The notes: generated by a model from the letters alone, not told the origin. Counted from the stretch's first letter, positions 37,670 through 50,357 are shown. The stretch is DNA of 64,000 nucleotides from Mobula hypostoma (GCF_963921235.1 NC_086108.1:109680001-109744000); one strand, 5' to 3'. A program made the numbers and translations.

Positions 37670-40543
37670 TTACTATAATTGCATATTACACATTTAGACG
37701 GAGGAGTAACATAAGGATTTTTACTCATGTATATGAAGAATGCAAGTAATAAAGTCAATTCAATATATTATACCCAAGCGTTTTGCACAACACTATACAT
37801 ATGTCACCATATACTACCTTAATTTATTTTTTGTGAGCATTCATAGTAGAACAGAGAAGTACAACTGAATCAATTTTTTTAAAAAACAGTAGGCTGACAA
37901 GCCTGTGCAAATACTAAAACAAATTACAACAATAATAAATAAGTAGGCAATACTGAAAACATAAGTTGTAGAGTCTTTGAAAGTGAGTAGAATCACTTCT
38001 GTCTGGAGAATCAGTTCAGTTATTCACAGTGGTTCAGGACACTGATGGTTGAGGGGTAATAACTGTTCCTGAACCTGCTGGTGTGGGACCTGAGGCTCCT
38101 GTACCTGCTGCTCAATATTAGCAGTGAGATGACCTGGATGGCTGGGCAGTGGAAAGGGTCAGTGCTGATAGATGGACCAGTAGAATTGGTTGGCATCCAC
38201 TGCATCAAACACTGAGAAGAAATCCTGAGTCAGCCTGGTTTCTACAACCCTCTCACAAAATAATGTGGTCTTGTAATAGACTGCTGATAACAGAAATTCC
38301 ATTCATAACAGTTAACTAATATAACAGCCAGATTCAAGTAATGTGACTTCTTCTATGGTTTGTATTTTATGGCTATTGAAAGAAGACAAATCTCAGAGTT
38401 GTATTCTGCATGCATACTTTGAGAGTAAAAAATCTGTGAACTTTTGAACCCACCACTGAAACCAGAAAAATACAGAGGCAATGGTAACCACTGGAAACTT
38501 ACTGTATATAGCATAGATGATTACATAAAAGCAAAGCAAGCATACAGTAGGGGTCAGAAAATGTAGAGGAGGCTTAACCCAAAAGCAGAACAGCAAAGAT
38601 GATTTAACAGTAAATGAAACTTTACTAACAAGCAACAAGTCACAAGGGGCCACAGAACAAGATACTTAACATGACAAGGCAATATAGTAATTGAAGGCTA
38701 GGAGCAACTGGTTGAGACTGGCTGGTTCAATTAGTGGACAAGGATCAGGATGAGAGTTGGGTTTAAATAGGCTGCAGGTGGTGAGTTAGGAGTGAGCAGC
38801 AGGTGAATCTTATTGGCTGAGTGCAGACTGGGTGGTGCCTGCCTGCACAGCCCGACAATATGAGTATTCATCTTCAAGAAGAGAAACAAGTCTACATCCT
38901 AATACAACACCCATGATTTTTAGTTTTTGTCTCACCAATCCTCAGTGGAAAAAAAAACCTGTTTGTATTTACCCTGTCTATACCCCTCATAATTGTGTCT
39001 GTTTGCACAGATCAATTGAGACAGGCCATGGTAAAAATATAACGAATTACAGAACAAAGCATTAAAGAGAGAGGGCAGTGCAGGCGGACACCAAGGTACA
39101 AGGTCACAGTAGCGTAGCAGTCATTACAGCCTGGGGTGTCGGAGTTCAGGCTTAAATTGTGACACAATCTCTAAAGAGTTTGTACGTCCTCACAGTGAGT
39201 GTGTTGGTTTCCTCCGGGTGCTCCGGTTTCCTCCCGCATTCCAAAGACATACAGGTTAGTAGGCTAATTGGTCAGTGTAAATTGTGCTGTGATTAGGCTA
39301 GGGTTAAATCAGTGGGTTGCTGGCTGATGTAGCTCGATAAGCTAGAGGTGTCTGTTCCACACTGTACCTCCTAAATAAATAAATAAGGTTGATCGTGAGG
39401 TCTACAGGCTCTCCAGTGGTCTTACAAAAAGCTGTCCTAGAGCCTGGTGATACCTGCTTTCAGGCTTTTGTATCTTCTGTCCAGTGGGAGAGGGGAGAAG
39501 GGAGAACGCCTGGGGTGGGTGGGATATTTGATTACATTGGCTGCCTTACCAAGGCAGTGAAAAGTGTAGACAAGGTCCACATGGGAATCCTGGTTTCTTT
39601 GATGTGCTGAGCTGTGTTCACAACTTTTTGTAGTTCTTGTGGTCACGTGCAGAGCAGTTGCCGTACCAGATTGGATGCTTTCTGTGCACAACGAGGTGCA
39701 GAATAGGTTCGCCAGTATGCTGCCTGAGTTAGAGAGCGTCTTATGAGGATAGTTTGAGCAAGCTCTTTGGAGGTGACCTGATAGAGTGCACAAAATAAGA
39801 GATATAGATCGAGTAGATAGCCAGAGACATTTTCCCCAGGGAGAAAATTACTCATATCAGAGGGCATAATTTCAAGGTGATTGGTGGAAAGTATAGTGGG
39901 GGATGTTTTTTACACAGAGTGGTGAGTGTGTGGAATGCCCTGCTGGGGGTGGTGATAGAGGCAGATACATTAGCGACATTTTAGAGACTCTTGGATAGAC
40001 CACGGATAGTAGAAAAATGGAGGGATATGTGAAAGGGAAGGGTTAGATTGATCTTAGAGTAGGTTAAAAGGTCAGTACAACATCATGGGCCAGAGGACCT
40101 GTACTGTGCCATAGTGTTCTATGTTCTGTAGTGTATTTTTAAAAATTTAGTGAGGGTGACTCTCAGCCTCCTGTTAGATGCATACATTCCCTACATATCT
40201 GTATGCCTATCTAAAGTTCAGAGTTCAAACTATAAAAGTACATATATGTGTCCATATCCTACCCTGAGGTTCATTTTCTTGCAGGCATTCACAGTGAATA
40301 CAAAGAAATACAATAGGATCACTGAAAAACTGTACAAGACGGACAAACAACTGATGTGCAAAAGACAACAAACTCTGTAAATACAAAAATAAAAAACAAA
40401 CAATATAATAATAATAAATATACAAGCATTAAATATTGGGGATGTGAGATGAAGAGTCATTCAAAGTGAGTCTATAGGTTGTGGGAACAACTCAGTATTG
40501 GGGTGAGTGAAGTTGAGGAATGTTATCCCCTCTGGTTCAAGAG

Positions 40544-41170
40544 CCTGATGGCTGAGGGGTAATAACTGTTCCTGAACCTGGTGGTGTGGGTCCTGAGGCT
40601 CCTGTAACTCCTTCCTGAGGGTTGAGGGGTAATAACTGTTCCTGAACCTGGTGGTGTGGGTCCTGAGGCTCCTGTACCTCCTTCCTGATGGTTGAGGGGT
40701 AATAATTGTTCCTGAACCTGGTGGTGTGGGACCTGAGGCTCCTGTAACTCCTTCCTGAGGGTTGAGGGGTAATAACTGTTCCTGAACCTAGTGGTGTGGG
40801 TCCTGAGGCTCCTGTACCTCCTTCCTGATGGTTGAGGAGTAATAATTGTCCTGAACCTGGTGGTGTGGGACCTGAGGCTCCTGTAACTCCTTCCTGAGGG
40901 TTGAGGGGTAATAACTGTTTCTGAACCTAGTGGTGTGGGTCCTGAGGCTCCTGTACCTCCTTCCTGATGGTTGAGGAGTAATAATTGTTCCTGAACCTGG
41001 TGGTGTGGGACCTGAGGCTCCTGTAACTCCTTCCTGAGGGTTGAGGGGTAATAACTGTTCCTGAACCTAGTGGTGTGGGTCCTGAGGCTCCTGTACCTCC
41101 TTCCTGATGGTTGAGGAGTAATAATTGTTTCTGAACCTCGCAGTGTGGGTCCTGAGGCTCCTGTATCCTT
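40544..41170. repeat. 70-bp tandem array (~9 units) inside a minus-strand Rex1/Babar 3' fragment (about 40220-41290)
   Basis: Unit cctga(t/g)ggttgaggggtaataactgttcctgaacctggtggtgtgggtcctgaggctcctgta(c/a)ctcctt. Confidence 0.95.
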
Positions 41171-41299
41171 CCTTCCCGAAAGCAGCAGTACAGTCTGGAT
41201 GGTGGGGTCCTTGATAATGGATGCTGCCTTCCTGTGACAGTGCTCTTTTTAGATGTGCTCAGTGGTGGGGTGGGCTTTAACTGTGATTGACCCACCACT

Positions 41300-41640
41300 C
41301 ATTGTGTAAAAAATTTTACCCAGCACATGTATAAATTTACCCCTCGTACCGTCAACACACGTCCTCTGGTATTAGACATTTTGCCACAAGGTAAAAGATT
41401 CTGACTGGCTACCTGATCTATGCTTGTCATAATCTCGAAAGCCTCTCTCAGATCTCCCCTCAGCCTCTGATATTCCAGAAATAGCAACCCAAGCTTGTCC
41501 ATCCTCACTTGTAGTTCAAGCTCTCTAAACCAGGCAGCATCCTGGTTACCTCCTCTGCACCCTCTCCAAAGCCTCCACATCCTTCTCATAATGGGACGAC
41601 TGGAAGTGCATGCACTGCTCCAGATACGGAAATGATCTAA
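41300..41640 (-). mobile_element. CR1 3' fragment
   Basis: MDKLGLLFLEYQRLRGDLREAFEIM. Other CR1 fragments at about 39780-40130, 44160-44645, 44940-45620, 49770-49960, 55405-55994, 57640-57870, 59100-59285 and 62990-63370. Confidence 0.8.
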
Positions 41641-42599
41641 TTTGCTGCTTTATTCAAAGTACATTTATTGTCAAAGTATGTATACACGATACAACTCTGA
41701 TAATCGTCCTCTACAGGCAGCCACAAAGCAAAGAAACACCATTCAAGAGAACATCAAAATACCAACACACAAAGAAGGACAAATTGCACAGACGGTAAAA
41801 AGCAAGTGAACAACATATGGAATGTCAAACATCAAACCAGTATTGTTCAGTTTAGTTCAGCTCAGTGCCACACCACTAGCCAACGCAGGACTCAAAAGCT
41901 AATCTTTGCCAAAGCGCCCCTGTCCACATCAAATGCCCTGATCATACCGCTCAAAAACTGCAAAAAAGAATAAGTAGAATCCAAGGACACATGCAACATG
42001 AACCTCAATGTCCCCCTAAGCAAGGCTAGAGCCTCACCAATCAATCCTGGTAATGTGGATCCCAAAATTCCTGCACCTTCCTCCGACTGCAGCAAGCGAG
42101 AAGGAGAGGAAGACCAGACAAATGTGTGCAGACAGCACCAAACACACGGCCCATCTCTGTCGACCTCAACCTTGCTCGACACTTCAATTGCAGAGAAACA
42201 ATGGAATCGATCGTGGACTCCAAGCTAGCAGACCTCCAGAGTGCACCTTACTCCAAACCTCAGCAAACTCACTCAGAGACAGCAAAGAGCCAGATCGCAC
42301 TGTTGAGTATGGGCTGTCCCTTGGAATTATGGACAACAGTAGAACATAGACCAGTACATCACGGTGTGGGCCCCACAGCCCACAATGTTGTGCATATCTA
42401 CAGTATATAAAGCTACACAGTCAATCTAACCCTTCCCTCCTTCACAGTCCATATCCCTCCATTGTTCTTACATCTATGCATCTAAGTCCTTAAAGTGTCT
42501 CTGAATCTATCAGCAGCTACCATCCAGCAGTGTATTCTAGGCATATTCATACAACAGATATACATGCAATATATTCATTTGCACAAATGTGAAATTTTG

Positions 42600-42895
42600 T
42601 CTCTCTTTCTCTCTCATCCCTCTTTTTTTCTGTCTCTCTTCCTCCACACACTCTCTCTCCCTCCCACACTCACTCTCTTTTTCTGTCTCTCACTCTCCCC
42701 TTCTCTCTCTCTCCCTCTCTCTCTTTCTGACTCTCTCTCTCCCTCCTCTGTCTCTCTCTCCCTCCCCATCTCTCTTCCCCATTCCCTTTTTCTCTCTTTC
42801 TCTTTCTTACTCTCTCTCTCACTCTCTCTCTCCCTGCCCTCTCTCTGCCTTTCCTCTGCCTCTATCTCTCTCTCGTTTGCTCTCTTTCTTTCTCC
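42600..42895. repeat. CT-rich polypyrimidine low-complexity tract
   Basis: About 300 bp of almost only C/T. Confidence 0.95.
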
Positions 42896-43779
42896 ACTTG
42901 TAGTAATTGGTCAGTGGAAGCAGAATGCTTGAATATTTTTAAGGAGGAGGTGCGTTGGTAATTTCTTGATGAGAGGAAGGTGAAAGGTTTTTGGGGAAGG
43001 GAAGGAGAAGTGGGCAGGGAAGAATGTAGAACTGAAGTTACAATTAGATCAGTCATAATCTTACAAATGGTGGGATCTGCTGGAATTGTCAGTGTTTTTT
43101 TTATCACACTACCTCAGGAGGCTACAGAAAGCTGGCAACATACATCAAAGTTGCTGGTGAACGCAGCAGGCCAGGCAGCATCTCTAGGAAGAGATGTAGT
43201 CGACATTTCAGGCTGAGACCCTTCGTCAGGACACATTTTATTGTCCTGGCATGTCCCTTTCAGACCTTCACAGATGTTATTGATGCCCACAGAAAGCATC
43301 CTGTCCGGATGCATTACAGCTTGGTTCGGCAGCTTTTCTGCCCATTACCACCACAAACTGCATAGGGTTGTGGACACAGCTTGGCACATCATGAAAACTA
43401 GCTCCTTGGACTCTGTCTACACTTCTCACTGCCTCAGTAAAACAGACAGCATAATCAAAACCCTGCCCACCCTCAGCATTCTCTCTTCTCCCATGACCTA
43501 TTGGACAGAAGGTACAAAAGCCTGAAAGCAGGTACTAGCAGGCTCCAGCACAGCTGCTACCCTGCTGTTACCAGACTATTGAAGAGTTCTCTACTATGAT
43601 AAATTGGACTCCTGACCTCACAATCTACCTCATTATAATATTGCACCTTATTGGCTGCCTGCACTGCACTTTCTCTGTAACTGTAACACTTCATTCTGCA
43701 TTGTGCAACACACACAAACTGCTGGACAAATCAGCAAGTCAGGCAGTATCTATGGGATGTCAAGCTGCAATGGATGGCC

Positions 43780-43940
43780 ACCAGGAAGTCCCACATGTGT
43801 GGCAGACAGAACGAACATGCTCTACAGAGCATTTCTCCAGTCTGTGTTGGGTCTCACCAATGTAGAGAAGGCCACACCGGGAGCACTGGATACAGTAGAT
43901 AACACCAACAGACTCACAGGTGAAGTGTCACCTCACCTTT
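43780..43940 (-). mobile_element. Penelope GIY-YIG fragment
   Basis: Minus-strand HFTCESVGVIYCIQCSRCGLLYIGET. Confidence 0.8.
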
Positions 43941-45108
43941 GTATGACCTCAAAACCTGAAATGAACTGCGTGGAAGGCTTGCAAAAGCTTTTCACTGTAA
44001 CTCAGTACACGTGATAGTAATAAACCCATTCCAATATTAATTAAGGTGTCTTTGCCTTCACATACAAAATAGGAAATACTAATTGAAAAAGCAAGGGCTG
44101 TCTAATTCTGTCTCTTCAATGCCGGTATTTGCATTGTGCTTCTGCTATGGTGCTGTGGACTACAGAGAACAGAGAAAACTTACAGAGAAACTTTTCAAGG
44201 ATATTGCCGGGACTGGAGGACCTGAGTTATAAGAAAAGTGTGAATAGGTTAGGATTTTAACCCTTGGATCGTAGAAGATTGAGGGGAGATTTGATAGAGG
44301 TATACATAATAATGAAGTATAGATATGATAAATGCAAGCAGTTTTTTCCACTGAGGTTGGGTGGGACTACAACCAGAGGTCATGGGTTAAGGGTGAAAGG
44401 TGAAATCTTTAAGGCGGAACTTCTTCACTCAGAGGACGGTGAGAATGAGCTGCTAGTGCAAGTGGTGGATGTGAACCTGATTTCAACACTTAAGGTAAGT
44501 TTGGATAGGTACATGGATGGTAGGGGTATGGAGGGCTATGGTGCTGGTACAGGTCGATGGGACTAGACAGTTTAAATGGTTCAGTATGGAATAAATGGGC
44601 CGAAGGGCCTGTTTTCGCGATGTACTTTTCTATAACTCAATGATTATTCAAATGGTTCAGTCTCTGAGCTGCCTTTTCAGTCAACCACTACTCAGTGGTG
44701 AAACACAAGAGTGTTGGAGGAACTCAGCAGGCCAGCCCACATCTACAGAAGGAAATAGACCTGAAATCTTGACTGTCTGTCTCCCTCCTTAGACGCTGCC
44801 TGACGTGCTGAGTTCCTCCATCATTTTGTGTGTGCTGCTCCGAATTTCCAGCATCCGCAGAATCTTGTGTCTTCACTGTACTGAGCTGCTGTATTATGCA
44901 AATGTACTTCCAACTTTGCCTTTGCTGTATTGCTTCATGCCTAATGGCTAACATCAAGGAGCATAACCTTAAGATGACTAGGGGAATGTATGGAGGGGGG
45001 GGAGCATGTCGGAGGTATATCCTCACACAGAGCGTGGTAGGTGGGTGGAATGCCCTGCCTGTGGTGGTGGTAGAGGCAAATACATTGGGGTCAGTTAAGA
45101 GGCTCTTA

Positions 45109-45495
45109 CAGTACTATGCAAAAGTCTTGGGCACATTAGATTTTTTTAATGGTTTCAGATGGTATGGGTTCCACAGAGCCCTGAAATCAACACCATTGAA
45201 GCTGTCTGGAATTACCTGGAGAGACAGAAGCAAGTGAGACAGCCAAAGTCTGCAGAAGAACTGAGGCAAGTTCCCCAAGATGCCAATTTTCTTATAAAAC
45301 AGCATGACAATGTACCGAAGAGAATTGATGCAGTTTTAAAGGCAAAGGGTGATTACACCAAATATTGATTTGATCTGTTTCTTTACTGATTACTGTTCTT
45401 TAGAGTATTTTTTTTGATATTTAGAAACTTTTCATGGAAGAATCTATGCTTTACAGAATTTCCTTACATGGACCTAAGACTTTTGTACAGTACTG
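45109..45495 (+). mobile_element. Tc1 deletion derivative inserted in a CR1 tail
   Basis: TA TSD; TIRs cagtactatgcaaaagtctt/aagacttttgtacagtactg; WVPQSPEINTIEAVW and VLKAKGDYTKY transposase C-terminus. Confidence 0.9.
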
Positions 45496-45727
45496 TAGAT
45501 AGGCACATAGATGATAGAAAAATAGAGGGCTACTTCAGAGGGAAGGTTTAGATTGATTATAGAGCAGGTTGAAGGTCAGGAAAAAAACAGGCCAAATGGC
45601 CTGTACTGTCTGTAATGTTCAGACTGGAAGGGCTTGTTCTGTTCTGCATCTCAAAATAGGTAAATAGATACTCTAGATAAATACATACATACATACATGA
45701 ATAGATAGGTAGATAATAGATAGATGT

Positions 45728-46030
45728 GGGCACATGGCCAAGTGGTTAAGGCCTGAAGGTCATGAGTTCGAGCCCCAGCCGAGGCAACGTGTTGTGTCCT
45801 TGAGCAAGGCACTTAATCATATATTGCTCTGCGACGACACTGGTGCCAAGCTGTATGGGTCCTAATGCTCTTCCCTTGGACAACATCTGTGTTGTGGAGA
45901 GGGGAGACTTGCAGCATGGGCAACTGCCGGTCTTCCATACAACCTTGCCCAGGCCTGTGTTCTGGAGAGTGAAGACTTACCAGGCGCAGATCCATGGTCT
46001 CGCAAGACTAACGGATGCCTTTACTTTAAT
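45728..46030 (+). mobile_element. tRNA-derived SINE within a (GATA)n-like tract
   Basis: Same family as 31986-32307. Confidence 0.88.
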
Positions 46031-47237
46031 AGATAGATGTATAGATCCTCCAAAAGGACACAAACGTGTCATGGTTTGGAGGCTTGCAAGCCTCAATGAC
46101 CTGGGGAGCTATGCTGGCTGGGCGTTGTGCTTTGACTCTTGGTAGGGTTACCCATGCCAAACAGGTCAAAGGGCAGAGGCCAGACTAAGAGTGGCCCGCT
46201 GGTCCTTCAGGTCTAGGGGTTCAGCTCAGCGTTAACAACCCTGACTGGTAAAAACAAAACTGTTACAGAAGCAGCAAAGAAGAAATCTTTCTACATCTGA
46301 GCACAATGGTATGGACACAGACAGAGATGGAGGATCTTCATTGCTGCTCTGAACACCAACTACATAACAGGCATGTGGATAGATACATACATTCATGCAG
46401 ATAGATAAATATAGGTAGATAGATAGATAGATGCTATGTAAAAAGATAAATAAATAAATAAATTGCATTCAGCTGTCAACCACAAGCCCAATAACCGAAC
46501 AGACACAGACTAAGCATTATGTTAAAGTCCATCCCTATGGTTTAGGTAATGCATTCTGTACATAAATCAGCCCTTCTGTCTCTTCACTGCCTCCAACATT
46601 AGCCAGGCTCCACGGAGCTACACCTGATCTCAGGATTTTGATTCCGAAAACACACACGCAGAGCAATGACAGTGAGCTTGTCTTTTGGCTGAAAGGAATC
46701 AACAATAGGGTGGAAAAGTTGCAGTCAGAAGTAATTAAGCTCCAAGTGTGTGGGTGGCTGCCTTAATGCTCAGAAGTTGGCTCGAGCTAATCACCATAAT
46801 GAAAGGCTAAACATCATGTCTTGCTGATGGATAGACACATAGGTGGATAGATCGGAGTTCAGTCAAATGATTCATAATGCTGCTGTGCAGAATTTCTCCC
46901 CCAAAGGCACACTTTCAGTCTTAACGTACTCGAATAAATCAGGGACGAGACAATACCCTGAAATAAAAGGAGGGGAAAGTACACAGTGGGCTGTCAATCA
47001 GAAGTATGTACACAGACACACGCCACACTGTCACTAACTCACACAAATTAGAATCAGGTTTAATATCACCAGCATATATCATGAAATTTGTTGACTTTGG
47101 GACTGCAGTACAATGCAACACATAGTAATAGAGAAAAAAACCTGTGAATTACAGTAAGTATATAAATACTAAATTAAATAAACAGTGCAAAAATACAAAT
47201 AAAAATGTAGAGTGAGGCAGTGTTCATAGGTTCAATG

Positions 47238-48450
47238 CCATACCCTTCTCTCAATTCCTTCGTCTTCACTGCATCTGCCCTCAGAAAGAGGCTTTTCGTT
47301 CCAGAATCAAACAGATGTCCTCCTTCTTCAAAGAAAGGGGCTTTTTTTCTTCACCATCAACACTGCACACCCACATCTCTTCCATTTCACGCACGTCTGC
47401 CCTCACCCTATCCTCCTGCCACTCACCAGGGATAGGGTTCCTCTTGTCCTCACCTACCACCCCAGTAGCCTCCACATCCAGCACGTAATTCTGTCACCTT
47501 TGCCATCTTCAACGAGATCCCACCACCAATCACATTCCGTCATCCCCACTTTCTGCTTTCCACAGGGATTGCTCCCTCCTTGACTTCCTTGTCCATTCGT
47601 CCCTCCCCACTGATCTCCCTCCTGGCATTTATCCTTGCAAACAGAACAAGTGCTACACCTGCCCCTACACCTCCTCCCTCACCACCACTTAGGGCCCTAA
47701 ACAGTCCTTCCAGGTAAGGCGACACTTCACCTGTGAGTCTGTTAGGGTTATGTACTGTATCCGGTGCTTCTAGTGTGGCCTCCTGTATATCGGTGAGACC
47801 TGATGTAGATTGGGAGACCAGCTCGCCGAGCACCTGTACTTCATCTGCCAGAAAAAGCAGGATCTCCCGGTGACCACCCATTGCAATTCTACTTCCCATT
47901 CCCATTCCTACATGTCAATCCATGGCCTTCTCCACTGCTGCGATGAGGCCTGGTTCAGGTTGGAGGAGCAACACCTAATATTCCATCTGAGTAGCCTCCA
48001 ACCTGCTGGCATGAACTTCAATTTCTTGGAGTTCTGGTAATGGTTGCCGTCCCTTCAGCATTCCCATTCCTGTTTCCCTCTCTCACGTCATCTCCTCACC
48101 TACCCACCACATGCCTCTGGTACTTCTTCCCACTTTCCTTTCTTCCATGGTCTTCCACCCCCACCAACCAGATTCCCCTTTCTCCAGCCCTTTCATCTCT
48201 TTCGCCCATCAGCTTTCTAGCTGTTTACTTCACCCCTCTCCCTCTCCCGGTCTGACCTATCACCTACCACCTTGTACTTTTTGCTCCCCTCCCCCACATT
48301 CTTGCTCTAACCTCACCTTTTTTCAAGTCCTGATGAAGGGTCTTAGCCCGAAACATTCACTGTTTACGCTTTTCCTTAGATGTTGCCTGGCCTGCTGAGT
48401 TCCTCCAGAATATTGCTTGGATTTCCAGCATCTGCAGATTTTCTTATCTT
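47238..48450 (+). mobile_element. Penelope-like retroelement 3' part (RT C-terminus and GIY-YIG endonuclease, decayed)
   Basis: IPFSQFLRL, RVPLVLTYHP, KCYTCPY, HFTCESVRVMYCIRC..CGLLYIGET..RLGDQLAEHL; splits a minus-strand Rex tail, with ggttcaatg at 47229-47237 and 48455-48463. Confidence 0.9.
48325..48362 (+). ncRNA. Minimal type-I hammerhead ribozyme-like motif (degenerate stem III)
   Basis: agtc CTGATGA aggg-tcttag-ccc GAAA cattc actg at the Penelope end. Confidence 0.6.
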
Positions 48451-48898
48451 CAATGGTTCAATGTCCATTCAGAAGTCGGATGGCAGAGAGGAAGAAGCTG
48501 TTCCTGTATCACTGAGTGTGTGCCTTCAGGCTCCTGTTCCTCCTTCCTGATGGTAGCAATGAGAGGAGGACATGTCTAGGGTGAAGGCAGTCCCCATTGA
48601 TGGACGCCGCCATCTTGAAGCATTGCCCCTTAAAGATGACCCGGATACTACAGAGGCTGGTGTTCTTGATAGATCTGACTAAGTTTACAACTCTCAGCAG
48701 CTTACTTCAATGCTGTGCAATTGCCCCCAACCCCATACCAGATGGTGATGCAGCCAGTTAGAATGCTCCCCACGTTTCATCTGTAGAAATTAGCGGGTAT
48801 CCCCTGTACGGATCCATAACCTTCCATACCCCAACCATACACGTACATCGTAACAGACTGCAGAGGGTTGTAACCTCAGCCAGCTCTGTCATGGGCAC

Positions 48899-49349
48899 TG
48901 TTAGGACATATTAGGGCATCTCTGTCTGTTAGGGCATATTCTGGAGTGAAGGCTATATCAGAGGTATTAACTTTAGCAACCAATCTTTAGACCTGAATGT
49001 GGATTGTAGATTAAATTTAAAAACATAACCCTGAACAATAGTTTCTTGGAGGTGTGGACACCAGTTAATTGAAAACTAGAGAACGATGATTAACATTCAT
49101 TTTGGAGGTCTGGAGTGTGGGTGTGAAGAAGGAGGTGTGAAAATCGTAAGTAATTCATAAGAAGTATTGTAGATACATTGTAACTATAGAATTGTCCTGC
49201 CGCTGCCTTTGATCTTTAGCATATAAAATATCATGTAATATTGGGTTACATAGGCCTCTTCCTCCGGGAGTGTCTCATTGTTTTGAATAAAGCAATTTTG
49301 TATCCACTGGCTTCAAGGTTTCCCTGGTGACTTTGTTCATGTTACAACA
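48899..49349 (+). mobile_element. Solo LTR (451 bp) in a Rex fragment
   Basis: TGTT...AACA termini; TSD ggcac/ggaac; TATAAAA at about 49222 and AATAAA at about 49286. Confidence 0.82.
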
Positions 49350-49960
49350 GGAACAACCCTCCCCACCGTCAAGGACATCTCCAAAATAAGGTGGCGTCCA
49401 TCATGAAGAATCCTCACCATCCAGGACCTGCCCTCTTCTCATTACTACCATCAGGGAGGAGGTAGAGGAGACTGAAGGCGCACACTCAACAATTCAGGAA
49501 CAGCTTCTTCCCCTCCGCAATCAGATTTCACAAACCTATGAACACTACCTGCTATTCCTCTTTTGTACTTTCTTTAATATATATTTTGTAATTTACAGTA
49601 AGTTTTTTTGTCTTGCCCTGTACTGCTGTCACAAAACAACAGATTGCATGTCATAGGTCAGTGATAATGGACCTGATTCTGATTCTAATGAGTACCTTGC
49701 TCACTATGAGAGGAACAGTGGTTAAGTAACCTGGAGACTGGAGTTCCAATCCAAGGCTAAGTTTTTTACCCTTTAGAGTGAAGGATGCCTGGAATGTGCT
49801 GCCTGGTATGGTGGTAGAGGCAAATATACTAAAGGCTTTTAGGAGACGCTTAGTTAGGCACATGAATATGAGGAAGATGGAGGGATATGGACATTGTGTA
49901 GTAGGAGGGATTAATTTTTGCATTTTTTAAAATTTATTTTTTTAGCTGGTTCAGCACAAC

Positions 49961-50357
49961 AGTGATGTTGTGGGGATGGAACTGGACTCTCTCACGGTGG
50001 TGTCTGAAAAGAGGATGCTGTCTAAGTTGCATGTCATCTTGGACAATGTCTCCCATCCACTACATAATGTACTGGGTGGGCACAGGAGTACATTCAGCCA
50101 GAGACTCATTCCTCCGAGATGCAGCACAGAGCGTCATAGGAAGTCATTCCTGCCTGTGGCCATCAAACTTTACAACTCCTCCCTTGGAGGGTCAGACACC
50201 CTGAGCCAATAGGCTGGTCCTGGACTTATTTCCTGGCATAATTTACATATTACTATTTAATTATTTATGGTTTTATTACTATTTAATTATTTATGGTGCA
50301 ACTGTAATGAAAACCAGTTTCCCTCGGGATCAATAAAGTATGACTATGACTATGACT
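49961..50357 (+). mobile_element. Young Rex-like LINE 3' end
   Basis: ILDNVSHPLH...RCSTERHRKSFLPVAIKLYN; (tatgac)n tail. Confidence 0.88.

Larger units (their letters stand above)
35120..37763 (+). mobile_element. Rex1/Babar 3' fragment split by a CR1 insertion
   Basis: FKFLSINITEDQTWSVHTGCVVKKAQQRLFHLRRLKKFG; the 3'UTR resumes after 37675 and ends aataaagtcaattcaat. Confidence 0.82.
30474..37795. mobile_element. Composite Tc1-type mini-MITE transposon containing nested insertions
   Basis: TA at 30472-30473 and 37796-37797; the flanks rejoin as tcaaagTAcatatgtcaccatatac, a LINE tail seen uninterrupted at about 13845 and 40235. Confidence 0.75.

Noticed and set aside
40544..41170. CRISPR-like regular array
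   Set aside because: Head-to-tail units with no unique spacers, derived from a LINE; eukaryotic context and no cas genes.
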